This document shows positions 8,852-19,692 of a DNA stretch of 64,000 nt, piece after piece. Every line of letters begins with the position of its first letter. Position 1 is the stretch's first letter. The notes beneath the pieces were generated by a model. That model did not search any database. It worked only from the letters and a program-made list of their open reading frames with translations, and was not told the DNA's origin. This stretch comes from Flavobacteriales bacterium. GTDB taxonomy: Bacteria > Bacteroidota > Bacteroidia > NS11-12g > UBA9320. Both the position numbers and the translations under genes were made by a program. The stretch lies in assembly GCA_020635355.1 (NCBI GenBank), contig JACJZW010000001.1, positions 256,428 through 320,427 of the forward strand. The letters run 5' to 3'.

Positions 8852-11398
8852 ATGAATAATCCAAATGAAAAAATCATCCCCATCAACATAGAGGATGAGA
8901 TGAAAACGGCCTACATCGATTACTCGATGTCCGTTATCGTCTCACGTGCCTTGCCGGATGTACGGGATGGTTTAAAGCCGGTTCACCGGCGAGTTTTATA
9001 CGGAATGACAGAGCTCGGACTGGCGAGTAACCGACCGTATAAAAAATCTGCCCGTATCGTGGGAGAGGTGTTGGGTAAGTATCACCCACACGGTGATTCA
9101 TCCGTTTACGACACCATGGTGCGTATGGCCCAGCCCTGGAGCTTGCGCTACCCCATGGTAGATGGACAAGGTAACTTCGGGTCTATTGACGGTGATCCAC
9201 CTGCTGCGATGCGATACACGGAGGCACGCCTCCGAAAGATTGCGGAGGAAATGATGACCGATATCGACAAGAACACGGTTGATTTTCAATCCAACTTTGA
9301 TGATTCCCTCAAAGAACCAACGGTACTTCCGTCTAAAATACCAAGTTTATTGGTGAATGGGGCGGCCGGTATCGCCGTAGGTATGGCTACCAACATGGCG
9401 CCACATAACCTAACCGAGGTCATTGAAGGCATCATTGCCTACATCGAAAATCGGGATATCACCATCACAGAGTTGATGGAATTCGTGAAGGCTCCTGATT
9501 TTCCTACAGGTGGTACCATTTATGGATATGATGGTGTTCGTTCGGCATTTGAAACCGGTCGGGGTAAAGTCACCATTCGCGGTAAAGCGGAGTTTTCCGA
9601 AACCAAAACAGGGAAGGAGCAAATCATCATCACGGAAGTTCCCTATCAGGTGAGCCCCTCGCAGATTATTGTGAAGGCAGCCGATCTGGTAAATGAAAAA
9701 GTGATTGAAGGTATTTCTGAGATTCGGGACGAGTCGGATCGAAACGGACTTCGCATCGTGTTTGATCTGAAGCGCGATGCCATTCCGAATATCGTTCTGA
9801 ATCAGCTTTACAAATTCACACCACTTCAAACGTCGTTCTCGGTGAACAACATCGCTCTGGTAAAAGGACGTCCGGAGATGCTGAATTTGAAAGACATGAT
9901 CCACCATTATGTGGAGCATCGTCACGAAGTGGTGGTTCGTCGTACGCAGTACGAACTGGATGAGGCCCGTAAAAAAGCCCACATCCTCGAAGGCTTATTG
10001 GTTGCCCTCGATAACCTGGATGAAGTGATCGCCTTGATTCGAGCATCGGCCAGTCCCGAAGAAGCCCGAAATGGTTTGATGACCAATTACAATTTGAGTG
10101 AGATTCAGGCACGCGCCATTCTGGACATGCGTCTTCAAAAACTCACCGGATTGGAGCGCGACAAAATTCGCGAAGAGCACCGTCAAATCATGGAAACCAT
10201 CGCTTACCTGGAAAAAGTATTGAGCGATGAAGATCTGCGAATGACCATCATCAAGGAAGAATTAACTGAGGTGAAGGAAAAATATGGTGACGAACGCCGA
10301 ACCAACATCGAATACGATAGCGGCGACCTCAATATCGAAGATTTGATTCCAAATGATGATGTGATCATCACCATTTCCCACATGGGATATATCAAACGAA
10401 CCATCAGCTCTGAATACCGAACTCAAAGTCGGGGTGGTGTGGGTAACCGAGGCGTGAAACATCGCGATGAGGATTTTGTGGAACATTTGATTCCGGCTAA
10501 AGCGCATAACTACATGCTGTTTTTCACCGAACAAGGTCGATGTTTCTGGATGAAGGTATATGAGATTCCGGAAGGATCAAAGGCCTCCAAAGGACGACCC
10601 ATTCAGAATTTGATTGCGATTCCGAAGGAAGATACGATCAAGGCTTACATTACCGTAGCCGATTTGAGCGACGACGAGTACCTTGATAACAATTACATCA
10701 TCATGTGTACACGCAATGGTATCATTAAGAAAACAACCTTGCGTGCTTATTCTCGTCCGCGTTCCAATGGTATTAATGCCATCACCATTAAAGACGGAGA
10801 TGAACTACTGGAAGCAAAGATGACCACCGGAAGTATGGAAATCCTGATGGCTAAAAAATCAGGTAAGGCCATTCGGTTCAATGAATCTCTGGTTCGCCCG
10901 ATGGGTCGTACCGCAGCCGGTGTTCGAGGCGTTAAACTCGAGAATGAGAACGATCAGGTGGTTGGCATGATTTGTGTCGGAGGACGAGATGAAGAAACCA
11001 TCATGGTAGTTTCCGAAAAAGGGTACGGCAAACGCACAGCACTGGACGATTACCGAATCACCGGTAGGGGAGGAAAAGGGGTCAAAACCCTTCAAATCAC
11101 AGATAAAACCGGTAATTTGGTCGCGATAAAAAGCGTTACCGATGAAGATGATCTGATGATCATCAATCGTTCGGGTATAGCCATTCGCCTTCCGCTTTCG
11201 GATGTACGTGTGATGGGGAGAGCAACGCAGGGAGTTCGACTTGTTAAGCTGCGGGATGGCGATGAAATCGCTTCCGTGGCGCGAGTTGACAAAGAGGAGG
11301 AAGAACCGGATTTACCTTCAGACGAGTTGGAGAATGAATCTGGTGAATCTTCTGAGAACACTGCGACAACAGAAGAGACAGAAACGAATGACGAATAA
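8852..11398 (+). CDS. gyrA: DNA gyrase subunit A
   Basis: 848 aa with an [10 protein letters not shown] active-site Tyr region, a QRD-like region, C-terminal beta-pinwheel repeats and an acidic tail ([17 protein letters not shown]...). Confidence 0.95.
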   Translation: MNNPNEKIIPINIEDEMKTAYIDYSMSVIVSRALPDVRDGLKPVHRRVLYGMTELGLASNRPYKKSARIVGEVLGKYHPHGDSSVYDTMVRMAQPWSLRYPMVDGQGNFGSIDGDPPAAMRYTEARLRKIAEEMMTDIDKNTVDFQSNFDDSLKEPTVLPSKIPSLLVNGAAGIAVGMATNMAPHNLTEVIEGIIAYIENRDITITELMEFVKAPDFPTGGTIYGYDGVRSAFETGRGKVTIRGKAEFSETKTGKEQIIITEVPYQVSPSQIIVKAADLVNEKVIEGISEIRDESDRNGLRIVFDLKRDAIPNIVLNQLYKFTPLQTSFSVNNIALVKGRPEMLNLKDMIHHYVEHRHEVVVRRTQYELDEARKKAHILEGLLVALDNLDEVIALIRASASPEEARNGLMTNYNLSEIQARAILDMRLQKLTGLERDKIREEHRQIMETIAYLEKVLSDEDLRMTIIKEELTEVKEKYGDERRTNIEYDSGDLNIEDLIPNDDVIITISHMGYIKRTISSEYRTQSRGGVGNRGVKHRDEDFVEHLIPAKAHNYMLFFTEQGRCFWMKVYEIPEGSKASKGRPIQNLIAIPKEDTIKAYITVADLSDDEYLDNNYIIMCTRNGIIKKTTLRAYSRPRSNGINAITIKDGDELLEAKMTTGSMEILMAKKSGKAIRFNESLVRPMGRTAAGVRGVKLENENDQVVGMICVGGRDEETIMVVSEKGYGKRTALDDYRITGRGGKGVKTLQITDKTGNLVAIKSVTDEDDLMIINRSGIAIRLPLSDVRVMGRATQGVRLVKLRDGDEIASVARVDKEEEEPDLPSDELENESGESSENTATTEETETNDE

Positions 11399-11405
11399 CA
11401 ACACA

Positions 11406-12635
11406 ATGCAAAACATGAAGAAATCGATTGCTGGGTTGATTCTGGTATGTTTAACCGGAATCGCAAGTGCACAGAGTTTCAAAGTAGAGACCGTAAAAGG
11501 ACATTTCGAATTTCCTGCTGCGGAAGGTTCAGATGAGTTTTACGAGAATTTGGATAAAGATGTGGAGCTGATCGACGCTGCGGCCACTCATCCAAAAACG
11601 GCCAACGACCCCAAAATGTGGTATTACAGGGGGCTTACGTATCTTACGATTTACCTTCAAGGAACGGAAGTACAGCGGTCTAAACATCCCAATTCGTTAA
11701 ACATCGCAACAGAAGCCTTGTATAAATGTATTGACACTGATGTAAAGAAGAAATACACGGAAAAGGCGGAAGCAGGTTTGCTAAACTGTGCCATCGGGCA
11801 TTATAACAATGGGGTGGCGCAATACAAAAATGCGGAATACACCGAGGCGATTGAATCGTATAAGAAGGTGTTGAAAATCATTCCGCTGGATAAGGATGGC
11901 AATCTGAAGCGAAACAACATCGTGAAGGAAACCCTGATTCAATACTCATCGTATGCAGCCGTATCCAATGAGGATTACGCTACCGCCAAGAAGTATTTGA
12001 ATGAGTTGATCGACATGAATTTCATGGATCCGAACATTTACATCGAAATGGTTCGTATTTACTTGATAGAAAAGGATACGAATACCGCGTTGGAATATGT
12101 AACCAAGGGCCGCGACATGTTTGAGACCAACACCACGTTGATTGATGTTGAATTGGATCTCTACTTGAAAATGGGGCGTTCCAAGGAGTTGATAGACAAG
12201 TTGAATGCGGCCATTGAGCGCGATGCGGAGAATAAGATTTACTACTTCGCCCGTGCCGTAAGCAACATGAAGCTCGAAAACCTTCAGGCGGCTGAAGACG
12301 ACTACAAAAAGGTGATTGAATTGGATCCTGGCTTCGCCGATGCGTATTACAACCTGGGCGTAGTGTACGTTGATCGATGCAAGCCCATTGCCAAGAAGAT
12401 TGACGAAAGCCGTGACTTTAAAGAACAAAACCGATTAGCCACTGAAATTGATGGCTGGTATAAGAAGGCAGCTATTCAGTTTGAAGAAGCTATGGCCGTT
12501 GGATCATACGCAGATGCTGAGAAGTTGGAATTGGCGCAAACCATGAAAAAGCTTTACGGCCGACTGATGCAGAACGATGCCAGTTACAAAGCCAAATATG
12601 AAGACATGAAAGCGTTGATAGCAACGTTGGAGTGA
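11406..12635 (+). CDS. Secreted tetratricopeptide-repeat (TPR) protein
   Basis: The start is taken at MQNMKKSIAGLILVCLTGIASAQ (signal peptide). The ORF-track start 11241 would overlap gyrA by 158 nt. Multiple TPR-like helical repeats (YYNLGVVY..., AEDDYKKVIELDP). Confidence 0.6.
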   Translation: MQNMKKSIAGLILVCLTGIASAQSFKVETVKGHFEFPAAEGSDEFYENLDKDVELIDAAATHPKTANDPKMWYYRGLTYLTIYLQGTEVQRSKHPNSLNIATEALYKCIDTDVKKKYTEKAEAGLLNCAIGHYNNGVAQYKNAEYTEAIESYKKVLKIIPLDKDGNLKRNNIVKETLIQYSSYAAVSNEDYATAKKYLNELIDMNFMDPNIYIEMVRIYLIEKDTNTALEYVTKGRDMFETNTTLIDVELDLYLKMGRSKELIDKLNAAIERDAENKIYYFARAVSNMKLENLQAAEDDYKKVIELDPGFADAYYNLGVVYVDRCKPIAKKIDESRDFKEQNRLATEIDGWYKKAAIQFEEAMAVGSYADAEKLELAQTMKKLYGRLMQNDASYKAKYEDMKALIATLE

Positions 12636-12681
12636 TAAACTGATTTAGTCTGATAGGTAACGTACACGGTCAGCACAGGAG

Positions 12682-12715
12682 AGGGCGATTCATAAGAATG
12701 GCCCTTTCTTATTTC
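12682..12715 (+). terminator. Rho-independent terminator after the TPR gene
   Basis: Hairpin AGGGCGATTC-ATAA-GAATGGCCCT (10-bp stem, one mismatch) followed by TTCTTATTTC. Confidence 0.5.
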
Positions 12716-12781
12716 TGCATTAGTTAACATAATATAAATTATATTCCATTTTAATAGTTAAACAGAATCCGCTGCTTACAG

Positions 12782-13339
12782 CTAACCAACGGATTCCGTT
12801 TCATGTTCAAGAAGCTTGCGATACACCTTTTGCTTTTGCGCCACTCGTTTAATTTCCAGTTTTAAAAATTCCACGTCGTAAATGGTAAATGATTCTATCA
12901 TCGCTAGGCGCAATTGTTCAATGGCCATCTCGAATCTTCGTTGATGTTCATAGATGGCAGATCGCTTCTTGTACAAATCTGATTTGTTTACGCCAACCAA
13001 ATTCTCCGTAAAGGCCAATAAACGAAGTGCGTCTTCAAAACGATTTGTTCGTCTAAAGACTTCGACCATCAAAAAGGCGGTTTCGGGTTGTTCGGAATTT
13101 GATACCAGAGACGCATTCAAATACTCCTCAGCCAGAGACAGATTGTTCAAGACCTCCAGATAGAGTTTGTCGATAAGTTGATTTGCACCGGCGTGCTCAG
13201 GTTCTGCGCTTAACGCATACCCCAGATATTCAAATGATTCGTCTGGACTGTATTCATACGATCCCAACGCTTTTAAATAATATAGGTCTGCCAATGAAAA
13301 TGACATGATTCCTCCAATTTTAAGTGTGCCTTTACTCAC
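12782..13339 (-). CDS. Hypothetical protein, all-alpha/TPR-like
   Basis: 185 aa ORF with helical-repeat character (YYLKALGSYEY..., EDALRLLAF...). No recognisable catalytic motif. Confidence 0.4.
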   Translation of the reverse strand: MSKGTLKIGGIMSFSLADLYYLKALGSYEYSPDESFEYLGYALSAEPEHAGANQLIDKLYLEVLNNLSLAEEYLNASLVSNSEQPETAFLMVEVFRRTNRFEDALRLLAFTENLVGVNKSDLYKKRSAIYEHQRRFEMAIEQLRLAMIESFTIYDVEFLKLEIKRVAQKQKVYRKLLEHETESVG

Positions 13340-13394
13340 ACCGGTTGTAATGAAAATGAATTAATTAAGAGCAGTTAGCTCCTGATTTTGGGCA

Positions 13395-13424
13395 TAAAAA
13401 AGCCCGGACTTAGAAGAACCGGGC
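13395..13424 (-). terminator. Rho-independent terminator about 200 nt downstream of the M36 peptidase gene
   Basis: On the minus strand: GCCCGG-ttcttctaagt-CCGGGC followed by TTTTTTATG. Confidence 0.5.
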
Positions 13425-13622
13425 AGAATACGTCATGGACTGCCAGAGATTATCTCCACCCGGTTCTGTTTGCCATAAGGGTACTCTGCTTAAACATACG
13501 TGTGCTTGTTTGAGTGTATAGACTCCACACCGTATCCATTGGTTGCCTCACCACCAATAAATTTTCAAATAAATTATCAGGATGGAATCAGGACGAAGAA
13601 ATCCCGAATTCGAAATCCTACT

Positions 13623-16600
13623 CTATCGGCTTTTCTTCATCACCTTTATCCGGCGGATCTCACCACGGTCATTCACTTGCAGAAAGTACATGCCGTCGGC
13701 CAGATGATCTGTTGGAACCAGCATCGTTGAAACCGGTGAAATACTTCCGGTCCAGATCAATCGTCCGGTTTGATCAATCAATTCCAAATCCAAATCACGA
13801 TCTACCTTGGACTCAAATCGAATATTGAATGACGATCCAAACGGAACCGGATACACCACAAATTGCTCCGTGACATCAATGATAATAACCGGTACGGTAT
13901 CTGGAACAGCATCGTTGATAATCGTCGTGAATGTAGATGTGCTCAATGCTTTCAAGGCATCTGCCTTGGCAGAAAATCTATTTTCCAAAATGGAATATCC
14001 GTTCCATAAACTCACATCGTCTACATACCAACCTTCTCCTCCAGCCGCGCCATCCGATACCATTCTGAACCGTATTTCCACGTCATTACCTGCATAATCA
14101 GTTAGGTCGATAACCGTTCGAACAAAAGCCTCAGAATTACCGGAAAAGGCCATTTGATTGCTGATATTACTCTCCGGATTGGCCTGAATACGCACATTGT
14201 AGCCATTGGCGATCATCCTGCTACCCAAATCGCGCCATAATCCGCGATCAAAAATTTCGACAACCGCTCCATCCCATTCATTCTCCGTATTGTACCAGTG
14301 ATCAAAAACGAGATGTGGCTTGGCAACCTTGGTCAGATCAAATCGGCGCTTCAAAACCCGATCGCTTTGGGTGGTAGGATTGCTAACAAAATAACTGTAT
14401 GATCCTTCCGCACTTCGGGTTGTGGTTCGTATCCATCCGCCAATTCCCGTAATATTTTCGTTGGTCCAGGTGGATGTATCCTCCTCAAACCCATCAAAAT
14501 AGAGTAGCTTCCCTCCTGCTGCTGTATCCAGAATAACGGTATAGCCACACACCACGCTATCGCGTTGAGTCAGATTATCAAACTCAAACGTAAAGGTAGA
14601 TTCGTCAAAGGTGATCAAGCATCGTCCGTCACTTTCCAAAAATACCCCAGCACCCAACAAACTATCCTGCATCACAATCTTATTGAACGGCTCATCGCCG
14701 GTATTTTTTACTTTGATCTCGAACTGAACGGTATCACCTGCGTGAGCTTCTTTTGGACCTGTTTTAGAGACTGAATATTGGCCAAATGACGGAGGCAGAT
14801 CAAACGCTTCCGTACCATCAAACTTGCTCGTTACCAGGCCCTGATCAGCACTGTACCCCAGACCACGCTTGGCAAAAGCCGACCAAATCAACAATTTATT
14901 CTTACCGCCATACCGCAACTCATCAGCCTTTAGAATGGCATCCCGCCCATCAACAAATCCGGGTCCGCATGGTTGGAGTTTCAGTCCGTCCATCACCAGG
15001 TGCATCACCATATTGTTTCCACCAGTTCCTTCGTATAAATCCGGATCATAACCGTACTCGTCTATAAATGCCCAGTACAAATCCCACAACATGGAACACC
15101 ATACACTTCCCACACCATGCGGAACGGTGAATTGATTCTGCTTAATGTAGTTGTACGTCACCGGGTTAATACTGAAACTGGTTGAGTATGGATATGGTCT
15201 GATTCCCCCACCATCAGTGGCTTCATTTCGAACATAAGTTCCAATTCCCCGCTTATCCGAACCCATATCACCCGGTTCATGCGTCATAACCAAGGTCAGG
15301 AAATCGCTCCACCCCTCTCCCATTTGTTCCGTAACTCCAAGGCAGTCGGAATTGGAAGCTCCTCCCGTTAAGCGGGTACTGATGCCGTGGGTGTATTCGT
15401 GGGCAATGATTCCGTTATCAAAATCACTGTCGTAGAAGAAGGTCTGTCCATTGGATGAATCGTACAATTCAACGGTTACCGTGCTGGTTTGCATACGTTG
15501 CCTGAGCAAATCTCCATCGGCTTTGCTCAGCATAACACTTGGAATATTTACCGTTGCGGCATCGCCTCCCATAACAATGGTTCCACCACCAACATTGTTG
15601 ATCATCACTACAGCAATGGCTCCGGCGGTTTGAGCTCGTAAAATCTTATCGTCGAAATTGCACGATCCGCGATCAATCACGGCGATGTTGCCCGAAACCT
15701 CAGCACCATTCTGGATCGTTTGACAGGCCAATGTTGGACTGGATGAACCATCATCCACCAGAACAAGCTTTCCGGTCACCTTTTGCTTGGAAAGGCGTTT
15801 ATTGCCGAAGCCTGCCTGGGTGATACCGTACGGACCGGCTACATCAGACGGATTCAAGACATTCATAATCTCTCCACCTCCACCAGCCGACCATAGGAAC
15901 ATCTGCATAATACCGTTGTCGCCTTCGGGATAAGGCTGAAAATTGGCGTTATTGAACGAGGGGGCTGAAGCACGATTATACCCGTCCTGAGCCTCTGCAA
16001 TCACATAATCGTTTCCCTGACCATTGCCCGAATAATTCTTCTGCTGAAAATTTCCGGATGCCTCGTCAAAACCATAATGTGCCCAAACATCGTGCATTAC
16101 GTTGTTGGCGTAAAAGAGGTTGATGGTTGCCGCTTCCAACTGATTCTCCGCAGAAACACTTTTGCTGTAGGATGCGTCAAACACCAAATCAGTTCCTCCA
16201 TTGGGTGACGTTCCACCCACATCGTTGCCATCAATATCGTCCCGGGCAAATACATTATTCCCACGGGTTATGTTGAATTCAGCACCGGCAATTCCGTTCA
16301 CATCATGCCAGCCAAGCGGCGAATAGGTCACATCTGCCGGGGCCGTAACCACAGATCGATTGCCGTGGTTGGGACTTTCAATCGGAAAAGCAAACACACG
16401 ATAAGACTCCGTTGCCTGGGTGCGTTGTTCCGACATCATTTCCGGTGCGGCTGCCCCAACCATGTTGTGCCCATGCGAGCCGGAAGGAGCATCAAATGAA
16501 CACGATATGGTGAGATCGCGTACGCCCTGAATTCCCCTCTTGTGGCTGTAGACATAGGCCATGTACAGGTGATGTCCATCAGACGTTCCCCATACGATCT

Positions 16601-17129
16601 GCCAAACCGGTACGAGTTGATTATCCTGGTTTCGATATCCCATGCTCATTCGAACCGGGACTCGCGCCAAATTTGAATCCGTTAACAGAAAGGAATAGGC
16701 CGTTACACCAGGTGTGATACGGATGTTATCCCGATTAAAATCAGATGAATAGCCCGTGCCCTTCACCAGCTCTTCAAATGCCTCCAACGCCGTTTTGGTA
16801 GATGGTTCGGAGACTATTCGGGCTCCAATATTGGCGTGCAGTCTGGAGGCCACGTGTACCACCTCCCCCTGTTTTATGGCAATGGAAGCTACGCCATCGA
16901 AAATGGGTTTTTGTAGATATTGCTGACGGATATAGGTGTATGTCACGTCATCGGTGCTATGCTGATCCGTCAATTCCAATTGTTCAACATCCGATACCTT
17001 CAAGTGGAAATCAACGGCATGTTGTTGTAAATGATCTTGTATGATCGAAAGATGATTTTGAGGTGCAAACTGAGCCTGAACAGATAACACAGGTAACAGA
17101 AGTACCCAAAAAAGTAAACGTCTTTTCAT
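13623..17129 (-). CDS. Secreted multidomain M36 (fungalysin-like) metallopeptidase with PA domain and T9SS C-terminal sorting domain
   Basis: 1168 aa. Signal peptide MKRRLLFWVLLLPVLSVQAQ. N-terminal FTP-like propeptide. HEYTHG (HExxH) plus downstream GEGWSDF, diagnostic for M36. PA-domain-like insert (KLVLVDDGSSSP...AVIDRGSCNFDDKILRAQTAGAIAVVMINN). C-terminal CTD (GMYFLQVNDRGEIRRIKVMKK). Confidence 0.75.
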   Translation of the reverse strand: MKRRLLFWVLLLPVLSVQAQFAPQNHLSIIQDHLQQHAVDFHLKVSDVEQLELTDQHSTDDVTYTYIRQQYLQKPIFDGVASIAIKQGEVVHVASRLHANIGARIVSEPSTKTALEAFEELVKGTGYSSDFNRDNIRITPGVTAYSFLLTDSNLARVPVRMSMGYRNQDNQLVPVWQIVWGTSDGHHLYMAYVYSHKRGIQGVRDLTISCSFDAPSGSHGHNMVGAAAPEMMSEQRTQATESYRVFAFPIESPNHGNRSVVTAPADVTYSPLGWHDVNGIAGAEFNITRGNNVFARDDIDGNDVGGTSPNGGTDLVFDASYSKSVSAENQLEAATINLFYANNVMHDVWAHYGFDEASGNFQQKNYSGNGQGNDYVIAEAQDGYNRASAPSFNNANFQPYPEGDNGIMQMFLWSAGGGGEIMNVLNPSDVAGPYGITQAGFGNKRLSKQKVTGKLVLVDDGSSSPTLACQTIQNGAEVSGNIAVIDRGSCNFDDKILRAQTAGAIAVVMINNVGGGTIVMGGDAATVNIPSVMLSKADGDLLRQRMQTSTVTVELYDSSNGQTFFYDSDFDNGIIAHEYTHGISTRLTGGASNSDCLGVTEQMGEGWSDFLTLVMTHEPGDMGSDKRGIGTYVRNEATDGGGIRPYPYSTSFSINPVTYNYIKQNQFTVPHGVGSVWCSMLWDLYWAFIDEYGYDPDLYEGTGGNNMVMHLVMDGLKLQPCGPGFVDGRDAILKADELRYGGKNKLLIWSAFAKRGLGYSADQGLVTSKFDGTEAFDLPPSFGQYSVSKTGPKEAHAGDTVQFEIKVKNTGDEPFNKIVMQDSLLGAGVFLESDGRCLITFDESTFTFEFDNLTQRDSVVCGYTVILDTAAGGKLLYFDGFEEDTSTWTNENITGIGGWIRTTTRSAEGSYSYFVSNPTTQSDRVLKRRFDLTKVAKPHLVFDHWYNTENEWDGAVVEIFDRGLWRDLGSRMIANGYNVRIQANPESNISNQMAFSGNSEAFVRTVIDLTDYAGNDVEIRFRMVSDGAAGGEGWYVDDVSLWNGYSILENRFSAKADALKALSTSTFTTIINDAVPDTVPVIIIDVTEQFVVYPVPFGSSFNIRFESKVDRDLDLELIDQTGRLIWTGSISPVSTMLVPTDHLADGMYFLQVNDRGEIRRIKVMKKSR

Positions 17130-17280
17130 AAGTTTTTACGGCAAACAAAGATGTCCAAACCGATTCAGATAACACCTATTCAGGAGGTCGTGTTTTGAAC
17201 AATGGCGTAAAAACAAAATCACAATTAGCGTTTATTTCACACAATAGCCTACCAACATGTATCATAATTCTTTTGCCGAC

Positions 17281-17955
17281 TCAAGAGTCATGACCTTGAG
17301 TTTTAAGCAACAGGACAAACTCATCAACATACTTCAAACCTCTGGGTACATAACTCTGATGATAGGTTCTTGGCGGACCAATGATCGGATACTTACGCCC
17401 TGTATTATGTACGTGAAACGCGTTTTTATAATCGCCTTTGCGGATCAAATCCCCGTATGACATCGCAATCCATTTTACGCTCAACTCAAGATTTTGAGCC
17501 GATTTTAACTGAGCGATGGTCGCATCGATGTCGAAACACTTGTACCCCATGATTTGAAACGGTCCCCAGCTGGATGCGAGGTCCCTGAGTTCACTCACCG
17601 TCATCCCCTTAATATCGGTATAGACCACATTTTCCATCTTAGGCAGCTTGCTCCGGCTCAACTGGTCCAGTTTTTCAAAAACATGCGGCTCAAAGCGGTG
17701 AGGTACTATTTTCCTGCCGGAACACTCCAATGCAATTAATGCCAGCAGGTATTCAGGAGCCACGTCATACTTTTTGGCCATTGGCTCAATCTGACTGTGA
17801 TAATTCTCCCATGTTTTTTCGGTAATGGACTGGTTGATGTGGATGTCGCGTTGGTCCAGAATACGCATATCCTTGAGAATAACCATTCCCGCTGCCGCTG
17901 CAACCAGAATCATCGCAACCAGATATGGCAAACTCCGTTTGGAAGAAAATGCCAC
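17281..17955 (-). CDS. Membrane-anchored lytic-transglycosylase-like (SLT-domain-like) protein
   Basis: 224 aa with an N-terminal TM helix (LPYLVAMILVAAAAGMVIL), an ALIALECSG motif (E-S catalytic pair) and GPFQIMG resembling GLMQ. A weak, motif-level call. Confidence 0.45.
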   Translation of the reverse strand: MAFSSKRSLPYLVAMILVAAAAGMVILKDMRILDQRDIHINQSITEKTWENYHSQIEPMAKKYDVAPEYLLALIALECSGRKIVPHRFEPHVFEKLDQLSRSKLPKMENVVYTDIKGMTVSELRDLASSWGPFQIMGYKCFDIDATIAQLKSAQNLELSVKWIAMSYGDLIRKGDYKNAFHVHNTGRKYPIIGPPRTYHQSYVPRGLKYVDEFVLLLKTQGHDS

Positions 17956-17957
17956 GT

Positions 17958-19613
17958 CTAAACCAGTTTGCGGCGCAAGATCTTACCCACGTTGGACTTG
18001 GGAAGTTCATCTCGGAACACCACTTCCCTGGGAACCTTATAATTGGTGAGTTTTTCGTGGCAGAATGCCTGAATCTCTTCCGCTGTTAACGATGAGTCCT
18101 TCTTGATAATGAATGCTTTAGGATATTCCTTTCCGGAGTCATCGGTTTCACCACGAACCCCAACTTCCAATACTTTTGGATGTTCGGCGATGATTTTTTC
18201 AATCTCATTTGGAAACACATTAAACCCGGAAACATTGATCATCTCCTTCTTGCGATCCACAATTTTGAAAAAGCCATCCTCCTTCATAATGCCGATATCG
18301 CCTGTCATAAAGAAGCCGTTTTTCATACATCGATCAGTCTCATCCTGACGCTTCCAGTACCCTTTCATCACCTGAGGTCCCTTCACTCCTATCTCCCCGG
18401 GTTCATTGAATCCAAGCCGATTATAGTTGTCGTCAAAGATGCCCAGTTCCGTGTTGGGTAACGGTAAACCAATGGTTCCACGCTGATGCGTTCCGTCAAC
18501 CGGATTAATGGTGGCTGCCGGACTGGTTTCGGATAAACCATAAGCTTCCAAAAGTGGAGAACCCGTTATTTTTTGCCATCGGTCAGCTACCACATCCTGA
18601 ACCGCCATTCCGCCACCCAAGGCCAGCTTGAGCGGTGTAAAATCCAGTGCCCGGAAGGCCTCCTGATTCATCATACCGTTGAATAGGGTATTCACCCCGG
18701 TGAGTATGCTAAAAGGATTCTTCTTTAAATCCTTCATAAAGGACTTCATGTCCCGAGGATTGGTGATTAGGACATTGGTGGCGCCATATCGGAAGAATAC
18801 TACACAGTTGGCCGTAAGCGCAAAGATGTGATACAACGGAAGGGCAGTGATGATGGTTTCCTGTCCCTCTTCGAATAGCGAACCAATCCAGGCCTCAACC
18901 TGCTGTACGTTGGCACAAATATTTCCGTGGGTTAATTCGGCTCCTTTAGATACACCGGTTGTCCCTCCAGTATACTGTAGAAAAGCAACGTCACTTAACT
19001 GAATATCAACATTTTGCGGGTTCTTACCTAAACCTTCTTTCAGACAGTCCTTCCATCGTTTCGCGGAGGGAAGAGAAAAGGAGGGCACCATCTTTTTGAC
19101 ATGCTTCACCACCAAGTTGACAATACTGCCTTTAACAGGCGGACACATATCCCCTACCCGGGTTAAAATCACCGTCTCGATGCTGGTTTGATCGAGAATC
19201 TTCTCCAGGTTGGCCGCAAAATTCTCCAGGATGATGATAACCTTGGCTTCGGAATCCTTGTACTGATGCAGCATTTCATCCGCGGTGTACAACGGATTGG
19301 TATTCACCAAAATGTAGCCAGCTTTCAAACAGGCGAAGATGGCCACCGGCATTTGGAGCAGATTGGGCATTTGAAGCGCAATGCGATCACCCGGCTTCAA
19401 ATTCGTTCGATTTTGGAGATACCAGATCAGAGCGTTCACCTGTTCGTCCAGCTCATTGAACGTCAGCGTGGTATCCATGTTCTTGTAGGCGATGCGATCC
19501 CCAAACTTTGAAACCGCTTCGTCGTATATCGCCCCAATATTGGCATAATTGTCCACCGAAATTTCCTTCGGCACAAATTCAGGATAACTCTTAAACCATG
19601 GAAAATCAGCCAT
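17958..19613 (-). CDS. fadD: Long-chain-fatty-acid--CoA ligase (AMP-binding family)
   Basis: 551 aa with AMP-binding P-loop YTGGTTGVSKGAELTHGNI, a GYGLSETSP-like motif (EAYGLSETSP) and a C-terminal PKSNVGKILRRKL. Confidence 0.85.
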   Translation of the reverse strand: MADFPWFKSYPEFVPKEISVDNYANIGAIYDEAVSKFGDRIAYKNMDTTLTFNELDEQVNALIWYLQNRTNLKPGDRIALQMPNLLQMPVAIFACLKAGYILVNTNPLYTADEMLHQYKDSEAKVIIILENFAANLEKILDQTSIETVILTRVGDMCPPVKGSIVNLVVKHVKKMVPSFSLPSAKRWKDCLKEGLGKNPQNVDIQLSDVAFLQYTGGTTGVSKGAELTHGNICANVQQVEAWIGSLFEEGQETIITALPLYHIFALTANCVVFFRYGATNVLITNPRDMKSFMKDLKKNPFSILTGVNTLFNGMMNQEAFRALDFTPLKLALGGGMAVQDVVADRWQKITGSPLLEAYGLSETSPAATINPVDGTHQRGTIGLPLPNTELGIFDDNYNRLGFNEPGEIGVKGPQVMKGYWKRQDETDRCMKNGFFMTGDIGIMKEDGFFKIVDRKKEMINVSGFNVFPNEIEKIIAEHPKVLEVGVRGETDDSGKEYPKAFIIKKDSSLTAEEIQAFCHEKLTNYKVPREVVFRDELPKSNVGKILRRKLV

Positions 19614-19692
19614 ATTCTACTCGTTTTAATCGCCTTCGTAAAAATAGTAAAATCGGGCAGGAAGTGGGAACAGATGGCAAAAAATCGCCGCC

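Noticed and set aside
11241-11405. Upstream extension of the TPR protein ORF overlapping gyrA by 158 nt
   Set aside because: The extension precedes an obvious signal peptide (MQNMKKSIAGLIL...). The start after the gyrA stop is more parsimonious.
9098-11472. Several minus-strand ORFs (63-190 aa) inside gyrA and its acidic tail
   Set aside because: Antisense to gyrA. The 11092-11472 ORF translates the complement of the Glu/Asp-rich tail into Ser-rich low-complexity sequence.
13500-13828. 76- and 104-aa + ORFs in the intergenic region and 3' end of the M36 gene
   Set aside because: They overlap the terminator and intergenic region and the antisense of the M36 C-terminus. No coding signal.
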